Positions 1 to 9,732 of a DNA stretch of 64,000 bases are shown one piece after another; positions within the stretch are counted from its first letter, which is position 1; the number at the start of each line of letters is the position of its first letter. The translations under genes were made by a program, and so were the position numbers. This DNA is from Polyangiaceae bacterium (GTDB lineage Bacteria > Myxococcota_A > Polyangia > Polyangiales > Polyangiaceae): NCBI GenBank assembly GCA_035063585.1, contig JAPSGB010000024.1, positions 13,585 through 77,584 on the forward strand, read 5' to 3'. A model generated the notes under the pieces. The model was not told the DNA's origin. It searched no databases and was given only the letters and a program-made list of their open reading frames with translations.

Positions 1-1
1 G

Positions 2-1261
2 CGCGAGCGCCTCCTCGACCGCGAGGCGTACCTCACCCTGGAGGATGGCTCGAACATCCGGGTGAGCTTCGGGGAGCTGGGCGTCGAGCTCGACGTCGCG
101 CGGACCATGGCGAGCGCCCTCGCCCGCGCCGAGTCAGGCTCGCTCGGCGCGCGGCTGCGCCGCGCGTGGGTCGCCCGCGCCGGCGGCGAGGAGATCGAGG
201 CGGTGTGGGCGCTCGACGCGAGCCGAGCGCGAGCGACCCTGAAGCTCATCGCGCCGCGGGTCTACCGCGACCCCGTCGACGCGCGGCTCGATCTCGATCG
301 ACGCGAGCGCATCGAGGACGTCCCGGGACGTGAGCTCGACGTGGAGGGCACGCTCGAGAACCTCGCGCGGGCCGGCCGCGAAGAGACCGCCCTCATCGCC
401 GTCGCGACGCGCGCGGTGCCCGCGCAGGTGACCTCGGCGATGATCGCGGCGATCGACGTGTCGCAGGTGCTCGCCAGCTACGAGAGCGATTTCTCGCGCC
501 ACAGCGAGGGCCGTGACCGCAACATCGCGGTGGCGGCGCATTACCTCGACGGCACCGTGCTCGCGCCGGGGCAGACCATGAGCTTCAACCAGGTGGTGGG
601 GCCGCGCAAGCTCGAGCGCGGGTTCACCTGGGCGCCGGTGATCGTCGACGACGAGCTCGAGAGCGGCGTGGGAGGCGGGACCTGTCAGGTGTCCTCGACC
701 CTGCACGCGGCCGCGCTCTACGGCGGGCTTCAGATCGTCTCGCGGCGGAGCCACAGCCGGCCGAGCGGCTACGTGCCGCTCGGGCTCGACGCGACCGTCG
801 TGTATCCCGAGGTCGACCTCAAGCTGCGAAACCCCTACGACTCGCCGCTCATCATCCACGCCTTCGTGCCGCGCAAGCAGATCCTCCGCGTGGAGCTGCT
901 CGGCCGACCGGAGCTCGGGAAGGTGAGCTACACCTACGGCGTCGCGCGCACCCACGACTTCTACCGGCGCGTGACCACCAAATCATGGCTCGGCAGCCGC
1001 ATCCTCAAGCGGCAGCGCGGACACAAGGGCTACGACGTGTTCAGCGTGGTTCGCTACGAGCTCACCGATGGCACGACCCGGACGGTCAACTACCCGAGCA
1101 AGTACTTCCCGGTCCCCGAGGTGTTCTGGGTCGGCCCCGCGTTCGATCCGTTCGCTCTGCCCGACATGCCGGCGGGAGCCGAGGACGTCGTGGTGGACGG
1201 CAAGCGCGTAGGCGACTCGACCGCCGCGCTCTCGGCGCCCGGCGACCAGCGAGGTGGCTGA
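2..1261 (+). CDS. VanW-family protein (5' end lies upstream of the window)
   Basis: Frame is open from base 2. VanW motifs RNI..A..LDGTVLAPG..SFN.VVGPR..ERGF, GVGGGTCQVSSTLH, RRSHS and YVPLGLDATV..P.VDLKLRN. Confidence 0.9.
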   Translation, partial: RERLLDREAYLTLEDGSNIRVSFGELGVELDVARTMASALARAESGSLGARLRRAWVARAGGEEIEAVWALDASRARATLKLIAPRVYRDPVDARLDLDRRERIEDVPGRELDVEGTLENLARAGREETALIAVATRAVPAQVTSAMIAAIDVSQVLASYESDFSRHSEGRDRNIAVAAHYLDGTVLAPGQTMSFNQVVGPRKLERGFTWAPVIVDDELESGVGGGTCQVSSTLHAAALYGGLQIVSRRSHSRPSGYVPLGLDATVVYPEVDLKLRNPYDSPLIIHAFVPRKQILRVELLGRPELGKVSYTYGVARTHDFYRRVTTKSWLGSRILKRQRGHKGYDVFSVVRYELTDGTTRTVNYPSKYFPVPEVFWVGPAFDPFALPDMPAGAEDVVVDGKRVGDSTAALSAPGDQRGG

Positions 1262-1325
1262 GCCGCGCGCGCCGGCAGCCGGCGCTTCACTTGCTCCTCG
1301 CGAGGTTCGCGCTAGAGCGGGAGCC

Positions 1326-3149
1326 GTGACGGGTCGCTGCGCGGTAGCGGCGGCAGCGCTCATCTTGGTGCTGCCGAGCTGCAAATCGAAGGGCAAATCC
1401 CCGGCCCCCTCCGCCTCGGCCTCGGCCGAGCGCGCGAGCGCGGCGCCGCTCTCGAGCCTGGTGGTGGACCACGGCGAGCTCGACACGCGCGCGCCCGAGG
1501 ACGCGCCGATGCTCGCCGCGACCGTGATCGCGGCGACGGTCTACAAGCTGCCGAACGTCGACTCGCGAAAGCTCGGCTACGTGCGCCTCGGCGGCACCGT
1601 GCGCCGTGACCGTGAGCCGGTGAAGGGCGCGGGCTGCAAGGGGAGCTTCTACCACGTCTACCCGATGGGCTTCATGTGCACGGACGAGGCGACCATCGAT
1701 CTCGAGTCGCCGATCGTGCGTGCGGCGAGCGTCCGCGCCGATCTGTCGAAGCCGATGCCGTATCACTACGGCTTCGTGCGCGCGACCGCGCCCCAGTATC
1801 TCCGCGTCCCGACCAAGGCGGAGCAGGAGCGGAGCGAGTTCCAGCTCGAGGAGCACATCGCTTGGTATGCCGAGCACAAGGCGGAGGTGCAGCGCGTCGA
1901 GCTCGGCGCCAACGACGTCCCGCTCGACGCGCGCGGGCTCGCGGCGCCGGGCCTCGCGGCGCCCGCCGGGTTCAAGCCGAGCACCGAGCTCAGCCTGAAC
2001 CAGCTCTTCGGCGGTCGCACCCCGGACGACCCGATCCCGTGGTGGCTCGAGGGGGGGCGCAAGATCGCGAACGTGAGTGGCTTCAACGTCCCCGAGTACG
2101 CGGTGTTCGCCGATCGCGTCCGGCGCAAGACCGGGCTCTCCTTCGTCGGCGCCTTCGACACCGAGGAGGGCGGGCTCGAGCGGCGCTTCGGGATAACGGT
2201 GGACCTTCGCCTCATCCCGATCAGCAAGGTGAAGCCGGACTCGGCCTCTCCATTTCACGGGGTCGAGCTCTCGCCGGCGGTCCCCATGCCGTTCTGCTGG
2301 GTGATCAAGAGCGACGTCACCACCTGGAAGCTCATCCGCGGCAAGGACCAGGCGAGGGCAGCCGAGGCGGTGCCGAAGCGCGCCATCGTCCCGCTCTCGG
2401 GCAAGGCCAGGATCAAGGCGGGCAAGCGCTTCTACCAGACGCTCAAGGACAAGACGCGCTGGCTGCAGGCGGACGACATCGGCATCGTCGCGCGCCCCGA
2501 GACCATGCCCGCGGTGGCGGCCAAGGGGGAGAAGTGGATAGATCTCTCGCTCCGCCAGCAGACACTCGTGCTCTACGAGGGAACCCGCCCGTGGTACGCG
2601 ACCCTGGTGTCGACCGGGCGCGACCGGCTGGGGGATCCGAAGACGCAGCTCGCGACGCCGCAGGGCACCTTCCAGCTGAAGAGCAAGCACATCGCGGCGG
2701 TCATGGACTCCAACGAGAACTCGACGGTGGCGGGCGGGACGCGCGCGGGGTCGTCTCGCCGCCTGAGCGCAGACGATCACGCGACGACCGCACGGCTCCT
2801 CGAGGCCGAGAAGAAGGGTGTGAAGCTCGACTCCGACGATCAGCGCCGCCTCGCCAACATCAAGAAGGGCCGCCCCCCCGAGTATGGCGTGACCCAGCGC
2901 CGCGGCTCGGTGAACTTCGAGCTGCGCGACGTCCCGTGGATCCAGTACTTCGCGGCCGGGTACGCGCTCCACGGCGCGTACTGGCACGACGTGTTCGGGC
3001 TCCCGCGCAGCCACGGCTGCATCAACCTCGCGCCGATCGACGCGCGGCTCGTCTTCCAGTGGACCGATCCCCCGGTGCCAGGCGGCTGGCACGGCGTGAA
3101 CATCGGGACGGACATGGGCGAGGGGACCACGATCGTCATCCACGAGTAG
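1326..3149 (+). CDS. L,D-transpeptidase (YkuD/ErfK family) lipoprotein, myxobacterial type
   Basis: C-terminal WIDLSLRQQTLVLYEG..LVSTG..TPQG and catalytic HGAYWH..SHGCINL. Lipobox-like LVLPSC. Start placed at in-frame GTG 1326 (track ORF starts at 1254). Confidence 0.9.
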   Translation: MTGRCAVAAAALILVLPSCKSKGKSPAPSASASAERASAAPLSSLVVDHGELDTRAPEDAPMLAATVIAATVYKLPNVDSRKLGYVRLGGTVRRDREPVKGAGCKGSFYHVYPMGFMCTDEATIDLESPIVRAASVRADLSKPMPYHYGFVRATAPQYLRVPTKAEQERSEFQLEEHIAWYAEHKAEVQRVELGANDVPLDARGLAAPGLAAPAGFKPSTELSLNQLFGGRTPDDPIPWWLEGGRKIANVSGFNVPEYAVFADRVRRKTGLSFVGAFDTEEGGLERRFGITVDLRLIPISKVKPDSASPFHGVELSPAVPMPFCWVIKSDVTTWKLIRGKDQARAAEAVPKRAIVPLSGKARIKAGKRFYQTLKDKTRWLQADDIGIVARPETMPAVAAKGEKWIDLSLRQQTLVLYEGTRPWYATLVSTGRDRLGDPKTQLATPQGTFQLKSKHIAAVMDSNENSTVAGGTRAGSSRRLSADDHATTARLLEAEKKGVKLDSDDQRRLANIKKGRPPEYGVTQRRGSVNFELRDVPWIQYFAAGYALHGAYWHDVFGLPRSHGCINLAPIDARLVFQWTDPPVPGGWHGVNIGTDMGEGTTIVIHE

Positions 3150-3197
3150 CCGCCGCGCGGCGCGGCGTCCTCGGCGCCGCGTGCTAGAACGCCGCCG

Positions 3198-4541
3198 ATG
3201 GGCGTCCTGCGCTTCCGCCTCTTCGGCTTTCCGGTGGAGATCCAGCCGGGGTTCTGGCTCCTCGCCGCGTTCCTCGGCATGGACATCGCGAAATCGGTGC
3301 CCGAGTTCGCGGTGTGGGTGACCATCGTGCTCGCGAGCTTCCTCGGTCACGAGCTCGGTCACGCGATAGTCGCCCGTCGCTTCGGGCAAGCGCCCCGGAT
3401 CGCGCTCTACATGATGGGTGGGGTGACCGCGTGGAGCCCGACCCGAGAGCTCGGCCGCGGCCGGCGCATCCTGGTGACGCTCGCCGGGCCGTTCGCAGGG
3501 TTCCTGCTCGCCGCGGTCGCAGGCGCGGGCGTGCTCGCGGTAAGTCACCTCGGGATCGACTCCCGGCTCGCGGCCTTCGCGCTCCGCTGGACGCTCCTCG
3601 CGAACCTGTTCTGGAGCACCTTGAACCTCGCTCCCGTGCTGCCGTTCGACGGCGGGCAGGTGATGGCCGCCGCGCTCGGGCCGAAGCGGGTGAAGCTCGC
3701 CGCGTCCCTCTCGCTGGTGTTCGGGCTCGGGCTGGCGGCGATCCTGTGGGCGCGTTACGGCTCGGTGTTCGGCGCGGCGGTGTTCGCCTTCGGCGCGGTG
3801 TCGAGCTACCTGGCGATGCAGCGCACCCAGGCGCCCGCGCCGCCGCCGCCCGAAGTGCTCGAGAGCGTGCTCGCGCAGGCGCGCGGGGCGCTCGACGCGG
3901 GCCAGCACGCACAGGCCGCCGCGATGGCGCGCGCGGTGCTCGCGGCCACCGCCGACGCGGCGATCGCCCACCGCGCCGGCGAGCTCATCGTGTGGGCTGC
4001 GCTGGGCAGCGGAGACGTGGCTGCGGCGCGCGCCGCGCTCGGCGACGCGCGCGCGCCGGTCGATCCGCTGCTCGAGGGCGCCGTGCGAGAAGCCGACGGC
4101 GAGCTCGAGCGCGCGATCGGCGTCCTCGCCCGCGCGCACGACGCGGGGGACGCCCGCCCGGAGCTCGGCGCGCTGCTCGTGAAGGTGCTGCTCGCGCGCA
4201 AGAGCTTCGAAGAGGCCGGGCGGGTCGCGCTCAAGCTGGTGGGGCAGGTCCCGGAGGGTGAGCTCCGCGAGGTAGCGGCGCAGGCGCTCGCGGGCGGCGC
4301 GCCGCGGCGCGCCGCGCGGCTCTGGGAGGCGCTGTTCGAGCGCGAGCGCCAGGCAGGGGACGCCTGGGACGCCGCTCGCGCGTTCAGCCGCGCGGGTGAG
4401 CCTGAGCGCGCCATCGAGGCGCTGGCGAGCGCGATCGGCGGAGGCGCGCCCGCCGACCGCGTCCGCGAGGACCCCGATCTCTCGAGGCTCGCTCACGATC
4501 CGCGCTTCGAGCACGCGCTGCGCGGCGACGCCCTCGGCTGA
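3198..4541 (+). CDS. Site-2 (M50) intramembrane metalloprotease with C-terminal TPR-like helical domain
   Basis: HELGH zinc motif, AGP, NLAPVLPFDGG, several TM segments, Ala-rich helical C-terminus ending DPDLSRL. Confidence 0.88.
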   Translation: MGVLRFRLFGFPVEIQPGFWLLAAFLGMDIAKSVPEFAVWVTIVLASFLGHELGHAIVARRFGQAPRIALYMMGGVTAWSPTRELGRGRRILVTLAGPFAGFLLAAVAGAGVLAVSHLGIDSRLAAFALRWTLLANLFWSTLNLAPVLPFDGGQVMAAALGPKRVKLAASLSLVFGLGLAAILWARYGSVFGAAVFAFGAVSSYLAMQRTQAPAPPPPEVLESVLAQARGALDAGQHAQAAAMARAVLAATADAAIAHRAGELIVWAALGSGDVAAARAALGDARAPVDPLLEGAVREADGELERAIGVLARAHDAGDARPELGALLVKVLLARKSFEEAGRVALKLVGQVPEGELREVAAQALAGGAPRRAARLWEALFERERQAGDAWDAARAFSRAGEPERAIEALASAIGGGAPADRVREDPDLSRLAHDPRFEHALRGDALG

Positions 4542-4699
4542 GCCTTTGGCGGCTCGCCGGCGCATCGAGCGGCCGGCGCTTCACTCGGCGGCTCGGTACG
4601 CTTGGTGCATCGGGTCCGAGCATGACGCCCTCGCCGGCGAGTAAGTTGCGCACTCCACCCCAGCCGGCGCACCATGAGGCGCATGTGGGGAAACGTAGG

Positions 4700-5641
4700 A
4701 TGAGTCGCTCGACCGCTGCGGCATTTCTCGGCAGTTTCGCGGTCCTCGCGGTGGTCGCCGTGAGCCTCGAGGCCGGTAAGCGGCCGAGCACGCGGGTCGC
4801 CGCGGGCGGCGCGGAGCGCGCGCCTGCGGTGGCGGCGCCCGCCGAGCCCGACCGTCACACCGCCGTATCGCCAGCGTCCGGCGTAACGAGCGTCGAGGAG
4901 CCAGCGCCGGGCTACGACACGGCGATCAGCCCCGCGCCCCCCCCGGGCGCGGCCCCGGCGACCGGCTCCACCTGCCCGAAGGACATGGTGCTCGTCGAGG
5001 GCGAGTACTGCACCGAGGTCCGCCAGGACTGCAAGACCTGGCTCGACGACTCGAAGCTGCCCTTCGCGCGCTGCGCCGTGTACGAGCAGCCGTCGCGCTG
5101 CGTCGGCAAGCGCGTGCCCCTCCGCTACTGCATCGACGCCCGCGAGTACACGCGGCCCGGCGAGAGCCGCCCCATGAATTACTCGAGTTTCGTCACCAGC
5201 TCGAAGACCTGCAAGGAGCTCGGGAAACGCATCTGCACCGAGAGCGAGTGGAACTTCGCCTGCGAAGGCGAGGAGATGCGACCGTACCCTTACGGCTTCG
5301 AGCGCGAGCCGAAGTGTAACCAGGATCAGCCGGATCTCTACGAGACGAACCGCCGGCGACAGGTCTTGAAGGATCTGCGCCAGCCCTCGGGCTCGAACCC
5401 GGAGTGCAAGAGCCCGTTCGGCGTCTACGACATGGTCGGCAACATGGACGAGCCGGTCCTGCGCGAGGAGGCCCGCTACGCGACGCCGTTCCGCAACGGC
5501 CTGAAGGGCGGCTGGTGGCTGAGCGGTCGCAACCGTTGTCGCCCCGCCACCACCGCGCACGACGACTACTACAGCGACATCCAGGTGGGCGTTCGCTGCT
5601 GCGCCGATCTTCCCGGCTCGCCCTCGGGCGCCTCGGGCTGA
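4700..5641 (+). CDS. SUMF1/EgtB/PvdO (FGE-sulfatase fold) domain protein, secreted or anchored
   Basis: CPKDMVLVEG, CTESEWNFACEG, SPFGVYDMVGNMDE, GVRCCAD. N-terminal hydrophobic segment. Confidence 0.85.
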   Translation: MSRSTAAAFLGSFAVLAVVAVSLEAGKRPSTRVAAGGAERAPAVAAPAEPDRHTAVSPASGVTSVEEPAPGYDTAISPAPPPGAAPATGSTCPKDMVLVEGEYCTEVRQDCKTWLDDSKLPFARCAVYEQPSRCVGKRVPLRYCIDAREYTRPGESRPMNYSSFVTSSKTCKELGKRICTESEWNFACEGEEMRPYPYGFEREPKCNQDQPDLYETNRRRQVLKDLRQPSGSNPECKSPFGVYDMVGNMDEPVLREEARYATPFRNGLKGGWWLSGRNRCRPATTAHDDYYSDIQVGVRCCADLPGSPSGASG

Positions 5642-5985
5642 GCGCCCCGCGAGCCGAGCGTCACGCCTGGGCCGAGCCGAGGAGCCGAGGCGGGTTCGGC
5701 GCGGCCGGCGGCGCGGGCGGGCGCGCGGCTTCGGAGCCGGCGCGGCCGCGGCGTCGCTGCTCACCGCCGCGCGGAGCGACGCACCTCACGGCCGCGGCCC
5801 GCTCCGCTCGACTCGCGCGTCGCGCAGCGCAAGCTCATGGAACACCTCGGATGATAATTCGTAACAAGTGGAACTGACTCGTCATTTTCATGGTGCGACA
5901 TTTTCTGCAGCGACTTGCAGGGGCGCAAAGTTCGCGTGGCCGGCGGTTTTGACTTGCGCGGAGCCGGGTTCCCCAGAAAAGTCGC

Positions 5986-6837
5986 GTGGTGCGTGCCGTC
6001 CGTGCAGCCGCTTACGCGGTGGTGAGTATATCCCTGCTCACCGCTTGCGGCAGAGCCACCGGGTCGAGCGCGGCGCCCGCGCCGGCAGCAGAGCCCACGG
6101 TCACGCTGGCGGCCGCCCCGGCCGCGGCCCTCGTGAACGTCGCATCGACCGCGCTCGTGGAGGAGGCGCCGGCGGCGCCGAGCGCCTGCCCCGACGGCAT
6201 GCTCTTGGTCGAGGGCGACTACTGCCCGAACGTGCAACTGAACTGCCGGCGCTACCTGGACGCGCCGGGCGGTCGGTTCTCGGAATTCCGCTGCGCGGAG
6301 TATGCCCCCAGCACCTGCCGCTCGAAGGAGCGGGTCCATAAGCGCTTCTGCATCGACCAGTACGAGTACCGCGCGTCCGGGAGCACGCTCCCCGAGAACC
6401 ACCAGAGCTGGACCATGGCGGACAAGACCTGCCGCGGGCTCGGCAAGCGCACCTGCTGGGAGAGCGAGTACAATTTCGCGTGCGAGGGCGAGGAGCTCCG
6501 CCCCTATCCCTACGGGTTCGACCGCGACGCGACCGCCTGCAACGCCGACCACACGGACGTGGTGGACGCGACGGGCAAGCTCAAGGACATGCGCGCGGCG
6601 CCGGGCGAGTACCCGCGCTGCGCGAGCCCCTTCGGGGTGATGGACCTCGCCGGCAACCTGGAGGAGTTCGTCAGCATCGACGGCTCCACGCCGGTGCGGC
6701 CGGCGATGAAGGGCGCCTACTGGCAGCCGAGCCGGAACTTCTGCCGCGCCGCCCAGACGGCGCACGACCGCTACTACAACGGCACCGAGACGGGCTTCAG
6801 GTGCTGCTCGGATCCGGCCGACGCGCGCGCCGACTGA
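5986..6837 (+). CDS. SUMF1/EgtB/PvdO (FGE-sulfatase fold) lipoprotein, paralogue of the upstream gene
   Basis: Lipobox LTAC, CPDGMLLVEG, ESEYNFACEG, SPFGVMDLAGNLEE, GFRCCSD. Confidence 0.85.
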   Translation: MVRAVRAAAYAVVSISLLTACGRATGSSAAPAPAAEPTVTLAAAPAAALVNVASTALVEEAPAAPSACPDGMLLVEGDYCPNVQLNCRRYLDAPGGRFSEFRCAEYAPSTCRSKERVHKRFCIDQYEYRASGSTLPENHQSWTMADKTCRGLGKRTCWESEYNFACEGEELRPYPYGFDRDATACNADHTDVVDATGKLKDMRAAPGEYPRCASPFGVMDLAGNLEEFVSIDGSTPVRPAMKGAYWQPSRNFCRAAQTAHDRYYNGTETGFRCCSDPADARAD

Positions 6838-6858
6838 GCGATCGGCGCGCCCGGGCGC

Positions 6859-7908
6859 TCAGGGGTACGCGCCCGGCTCCGCGAGGGCCGTGCGCTCGTC
6901 GAGCCCGAGCATGAGGTTCATGTTCTGGAGCGCCTGACCCGCGCCTCCCTTCACGAGGTTGTCGAGCGCCGAGAAGCAGGTGACGAGCCGCGTGTCGCCG
7001 TCCGCCGGGCCGAGCACGAAGCCGATCTCCGCGTAGTTCGAGCCGGCGACCGCCACCACCTCGGGCAGGCGCGCCTTCGGGAACCGGACGAAGGGCTCGC
7101 CGTCGGCGAGCGCGTGGAACGCGACCCCGAGCTCCTCCTCCGTCGTTCGCGCGGGCACTCGCGCGAAGGAGGTCGCGAAGATGCCGCGCGTGAGCGGCGC
7201 GCTCACCGGCACGAACGAGAGCTCGAGCCCTACCGCGCCAGCGGCGTTCAGGGTGTCCTCGATTTCGGGCGCGTGCTGGTGCGAGAGCGGGCGGTAGGCG
7301 CGAAGGTTATGGGCGCGCGTCGGGTGATGGGTGGTCACGGTCGGCGTCACGCCGGCGCCGCTCGAGCCCGTGATGCCCACCGTCTCCACGCGGCCCCGGA
7401 GCAGCCCCGCCCGCGCGAGCGGCAAGAGACCGAGCTCGATGGTGGTGGCGAAGCAACCCGGCGAGGCGAGGTAGCGAGCGCCGCGGATCCGCTCGCGGTT
7501 GAGCTCGGGCAACCCGTAGACGAACCGCTCGAGCAGATCCGGGCGCGGGTGCTTGCCGCCGTAGAACTGCTCGTAGGCGCTCGAGCGCTTGAGGCGAAAT
7601 GCGCCGCTCATGTCGATGATGCGCGTCTCGCCGTCGAGCACCGCCTGGACCAGCTCCGCGCTCGCCTGGTGCGGGAGCCCCATGAGCACCACGTCGACGC
7701 CCGCGGCCGCGCGCTCGGGCGGCAGGTTCTCGAAGGTGAGCTCGGTGAGCCCCTCGAGGTGAGGGTGCGCCGCCGCGAGCGGCTCTCCCACGTGATCTGC
7801 GGCGCAGACGCGCACCAGCTCGACGTCCGGATGAAAGAGCAGCCGACGGACGAGCTCGGCACCCGCGAACCCCGAGCCCCCGACCACCGCTGCGGTAAAA
7901 CGCTTCAC
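6859..7908 (-). CDS. argC: N-acetyl-gamma-glutamyl-phosphate reductase
   Basis: GGSGFAGAEL, DMSGAFRL, YGLPEL, catalytic SPGCFAT, GSSGAG, DNLVKGGAGQALQNMN. Confidence 0.96.
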   Translation of the reverse strand: MKRFTAAVVGGSGFAGAELVRRLLFHPDVELVRVCAADHVGEPLAAAHPHLEGLTELTFENLPPERAAAGVDVVLMGLPHQASAELVQAVLDGETRIIDMSGAFRLKRSSAYEQFYGGKHPRPDLLERFVYGLPELNRERIRGARYLASPGCFATTIELGLLPLARAGLLRGRVETVGITGSSGAGVTPTVTTHHPTRAHNLRAYRPLSHQHAPEIEDTLNAAGAVGLELSFVPVSAPLTRGIFATSFARVPARTTEEELGVAFHALADGEPFVRFPKARLPEVVAVAGSNYAEIGFVLGPADGDTRLVTCFSALDNLVKGGAGQALQNMNLMLGLDERTALAEPGAYP

Positions 7909-7955
7909 GCCGTGTCTTCTAATACCCGCGACTCACGGCGCAACCGCTCCCGGCC

Positions 7956-7975
7956 GCCGGCCGCGCCGGACCGAC
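7956..7975 (-). repeat. REP-like palindrome, reverse orientation, 1 mismatch
   Basis: GCCGGCCGCGCCGGACCGAC between argC and the upstream gene. Confidence 0.6.
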
Positions 7976-7998
7976 GCAGCCTCGCGGACGGCGCGGGC

Positions 7999-9732
7999 TC
8001 AGTTCGCCTCTTCGCCCGAGAGACGGATCGGGATCCAGAGCGTGCGCATCTTCACGAGATCGCCGCGGCGCGTGTAGCCGGCGAGGCCGTAGAGCACGTT
8101 CCACCAGTGCCCGTCGGGCGTCTCGCCGTACGAGAAGACGGGGAAGACGTGCACCTCCCAGTCGAGCCCGCCCTTCACCTTCTTCTCGCGATAATAGACG
8201 TTGCCGACGAGCTGGTTCACGCTGCGCCGATCGCTGAAGCGCCAGAACACCGGGAAGCCGACCGTCGCGCGCTCCTCGCGGCCCACGAAGTCCCAGAAGA
8301 AGGGCGCCACCACGGTGTGCGACTGATAGCCGTTCCGGCCGAGGTAGACGATGGGGTGGATGTTGGTCTGCCAGCCGCGCAGATCGGTGGTGTGCTGGAA
8401 GAACGGGGTGATGAAGGTCGTCTCGCTGATGCCGTAGCGCTCGAAATGCCCCCAGAAGGGGAAGAACGCCTGGTTCGACTCGCGCGGGCTGGTGCGCGAG
8501 TAGAGGAACGGGAAGAGGAGCTTCTGATCGAGCCCGATGTCGGGATCACGGTAGTGCCAGTAAAAGGGCGTGATCATGTCGAGCTCGGTGCGACCGCGGT
8601 AGCGCGCGTAGCCCCAGGTCACGAAGGAGCGCTCGCCGTGCTCGCCGCGCGCCATGAGGAAGAGCGGGTTCGCGAAGAGCCAGGAGTCGTCCTTGTAGCC
8701 GTAATGGAAGAGCGGGAAGACGGTCGTGTGGCGCTCGTTCTTGCCCCAGACGCTCCAGTAGATGGGCATCACGTGGAGCATGTCGCGCTTCTGCGTGTGC
8801 CCGCGGTACACCGGGCCCCACACGTTCGTGTACGAGAGATCGCGGTCGTCGTAGCGGTAGTAGTGGAGGAGCGGCGGGATGAGCTCGTATTTCGTCTGCT
8901 CGTTCTGCCCGTAGAAGTAGAAGGGCGCGACGCCGAGATCGATGTCCTCCGCGGTGCGCGCGTCGCAGCGTGAGCCGCCCTTCCACGAGCAGAACGCCGG
9001 GCCGACGAGGTTGAAGCCGCCCGCCGCGTCCGTGCGCGTGTACGTGAGGAGCGGCGGGATCAGCGTGTAGCCGCCGTCCTTGCGCTTCCCCGTGAAGTAG
9101 AGCGGCGCGAGCCAGTTGTCGTGCTCGCCGGGCGCGACGCGGTTCACGAGCGGGCCGACGATGGTGGTGCGGGTTTCTTCGGCCGGGTTCCTGAGGTTCC
9201 AGAAGAGCGGGAAGAGGACGTCGTCGGCGTGGGTCGGGCTCCGCCGGTTGTAATAGAGCCCGCCGAAGAGCGAGGCGCGGTCCGTCTGGGTCGGATCCGA
9301 GAGCGCCGGCATCTGCCGCTCGGCCCAGACCGGGAACGCGATGCGCAGGCGATAGCGGCCGCTCGTCTCCTCGTAATACGGGCCGTAGAAGCGGCGCACG
9401 GTGCTCGCGGCGCGCCCCTGCGCCTCGTCGTCCGGGGAGACGTCGGTGCCGATGCGCTTGCGCGTGTGCTCGTCGATCGCGGTCGGATCGGCGGGGAGCG
9501 AGGGCTCGTTCCCGGCCGGCACCACGCTCTCGCCGGCACCGGAGGCGGCGTGGAGCTCGGGCGCGCCGGGCGGCGGTTTGCCTCCGCCCGAGCTCCCGCC
9601 CCCGGTGGGCGGCGAGGGCTCGATGGGCTGCACGCCCGGGCCGAGCGGGTCCTGCGCGAGGGCAGGCGCCGCGAGCGCGAGGAGCGCGAGCACCGCCGCG
9701 ACTCCGCCGAAGATTCGGGCGCGGCGCTTCAA
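7999..9732 (-). CDS. Secreted aromatic-rich repeat protein of unknown function
   Basis: Signal peptide (ALA-QD), Pro/Gly linker, then ~25 imperfect repeats of hydrophobic-P-(F/L)-(F/Y/W). Start overlaps the hisS stop codon. Confidence 0.75.
   Translation of the reverse strand: MKRRARIFGGVAAVLALLALAAPALAQDPLGPGVQPIEPSPPTGGGSSGGGKPPPGAPELHAASGAGESVVPAGNEPSLPADPTAIDEHTRKRIGTDVSPDDEAQGRAASTVRRFYGPYYEETSGRYRLRIAFPVWAERQMPALSDPTQTDRASLFGGLYYNRRSPTHADDVLFPLFWNLRNPAEETRTTIVGPLVNRVAPGEHDNWLAPLYFTGKRKDGGYTLIPPLLTYTRTDAAGGFNLVGPAFCSWKGGSRCDARTAEDIDLGVAPFYFYGQNEQTKYELIPPLLHYYRYDDRDLSYTNVWGPVYRGHTQKRDMLHVMPIYWSVWGKNERHTTVFPLFHYGYKDDSWLFANPLFLMARGEHGERSFVTWGYARYRGRTELDMITPFYWHYRDPDIGLDQKLLFPFLYSRTSPRESNQAFFPFWGHFERYGISETTFITPFFQHTTDLRGWQTNIHPIVYLGRNGYQSHTVVAPFFWDFVGREERATVGFPVFWRFSDRRSVNQLVGNVYYREKKVKGGLDWEVHVFPVFSYGETPDGHWWNVLYGLAGYTRRGDLVKMRTLWIPIRLSGEEAN

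Noticed and set aside
1287..4565. 1092-aa - strand ORF and similar long shadows (25411-28116, 34936-37812, 42137-44170, 7114-8973, 22189-24015)
   Set aside because: Each mirrors well-supported genes on the other strand. Stop-codon scarcity at this GC content explains their length.
4700..6837. Diversity-generating retroelement targeting the FGE/C-type-lectin-fold genes
   Set aside because: No reverse transcriptase, and no template/variable repeat pair differing only at adenines was seen.
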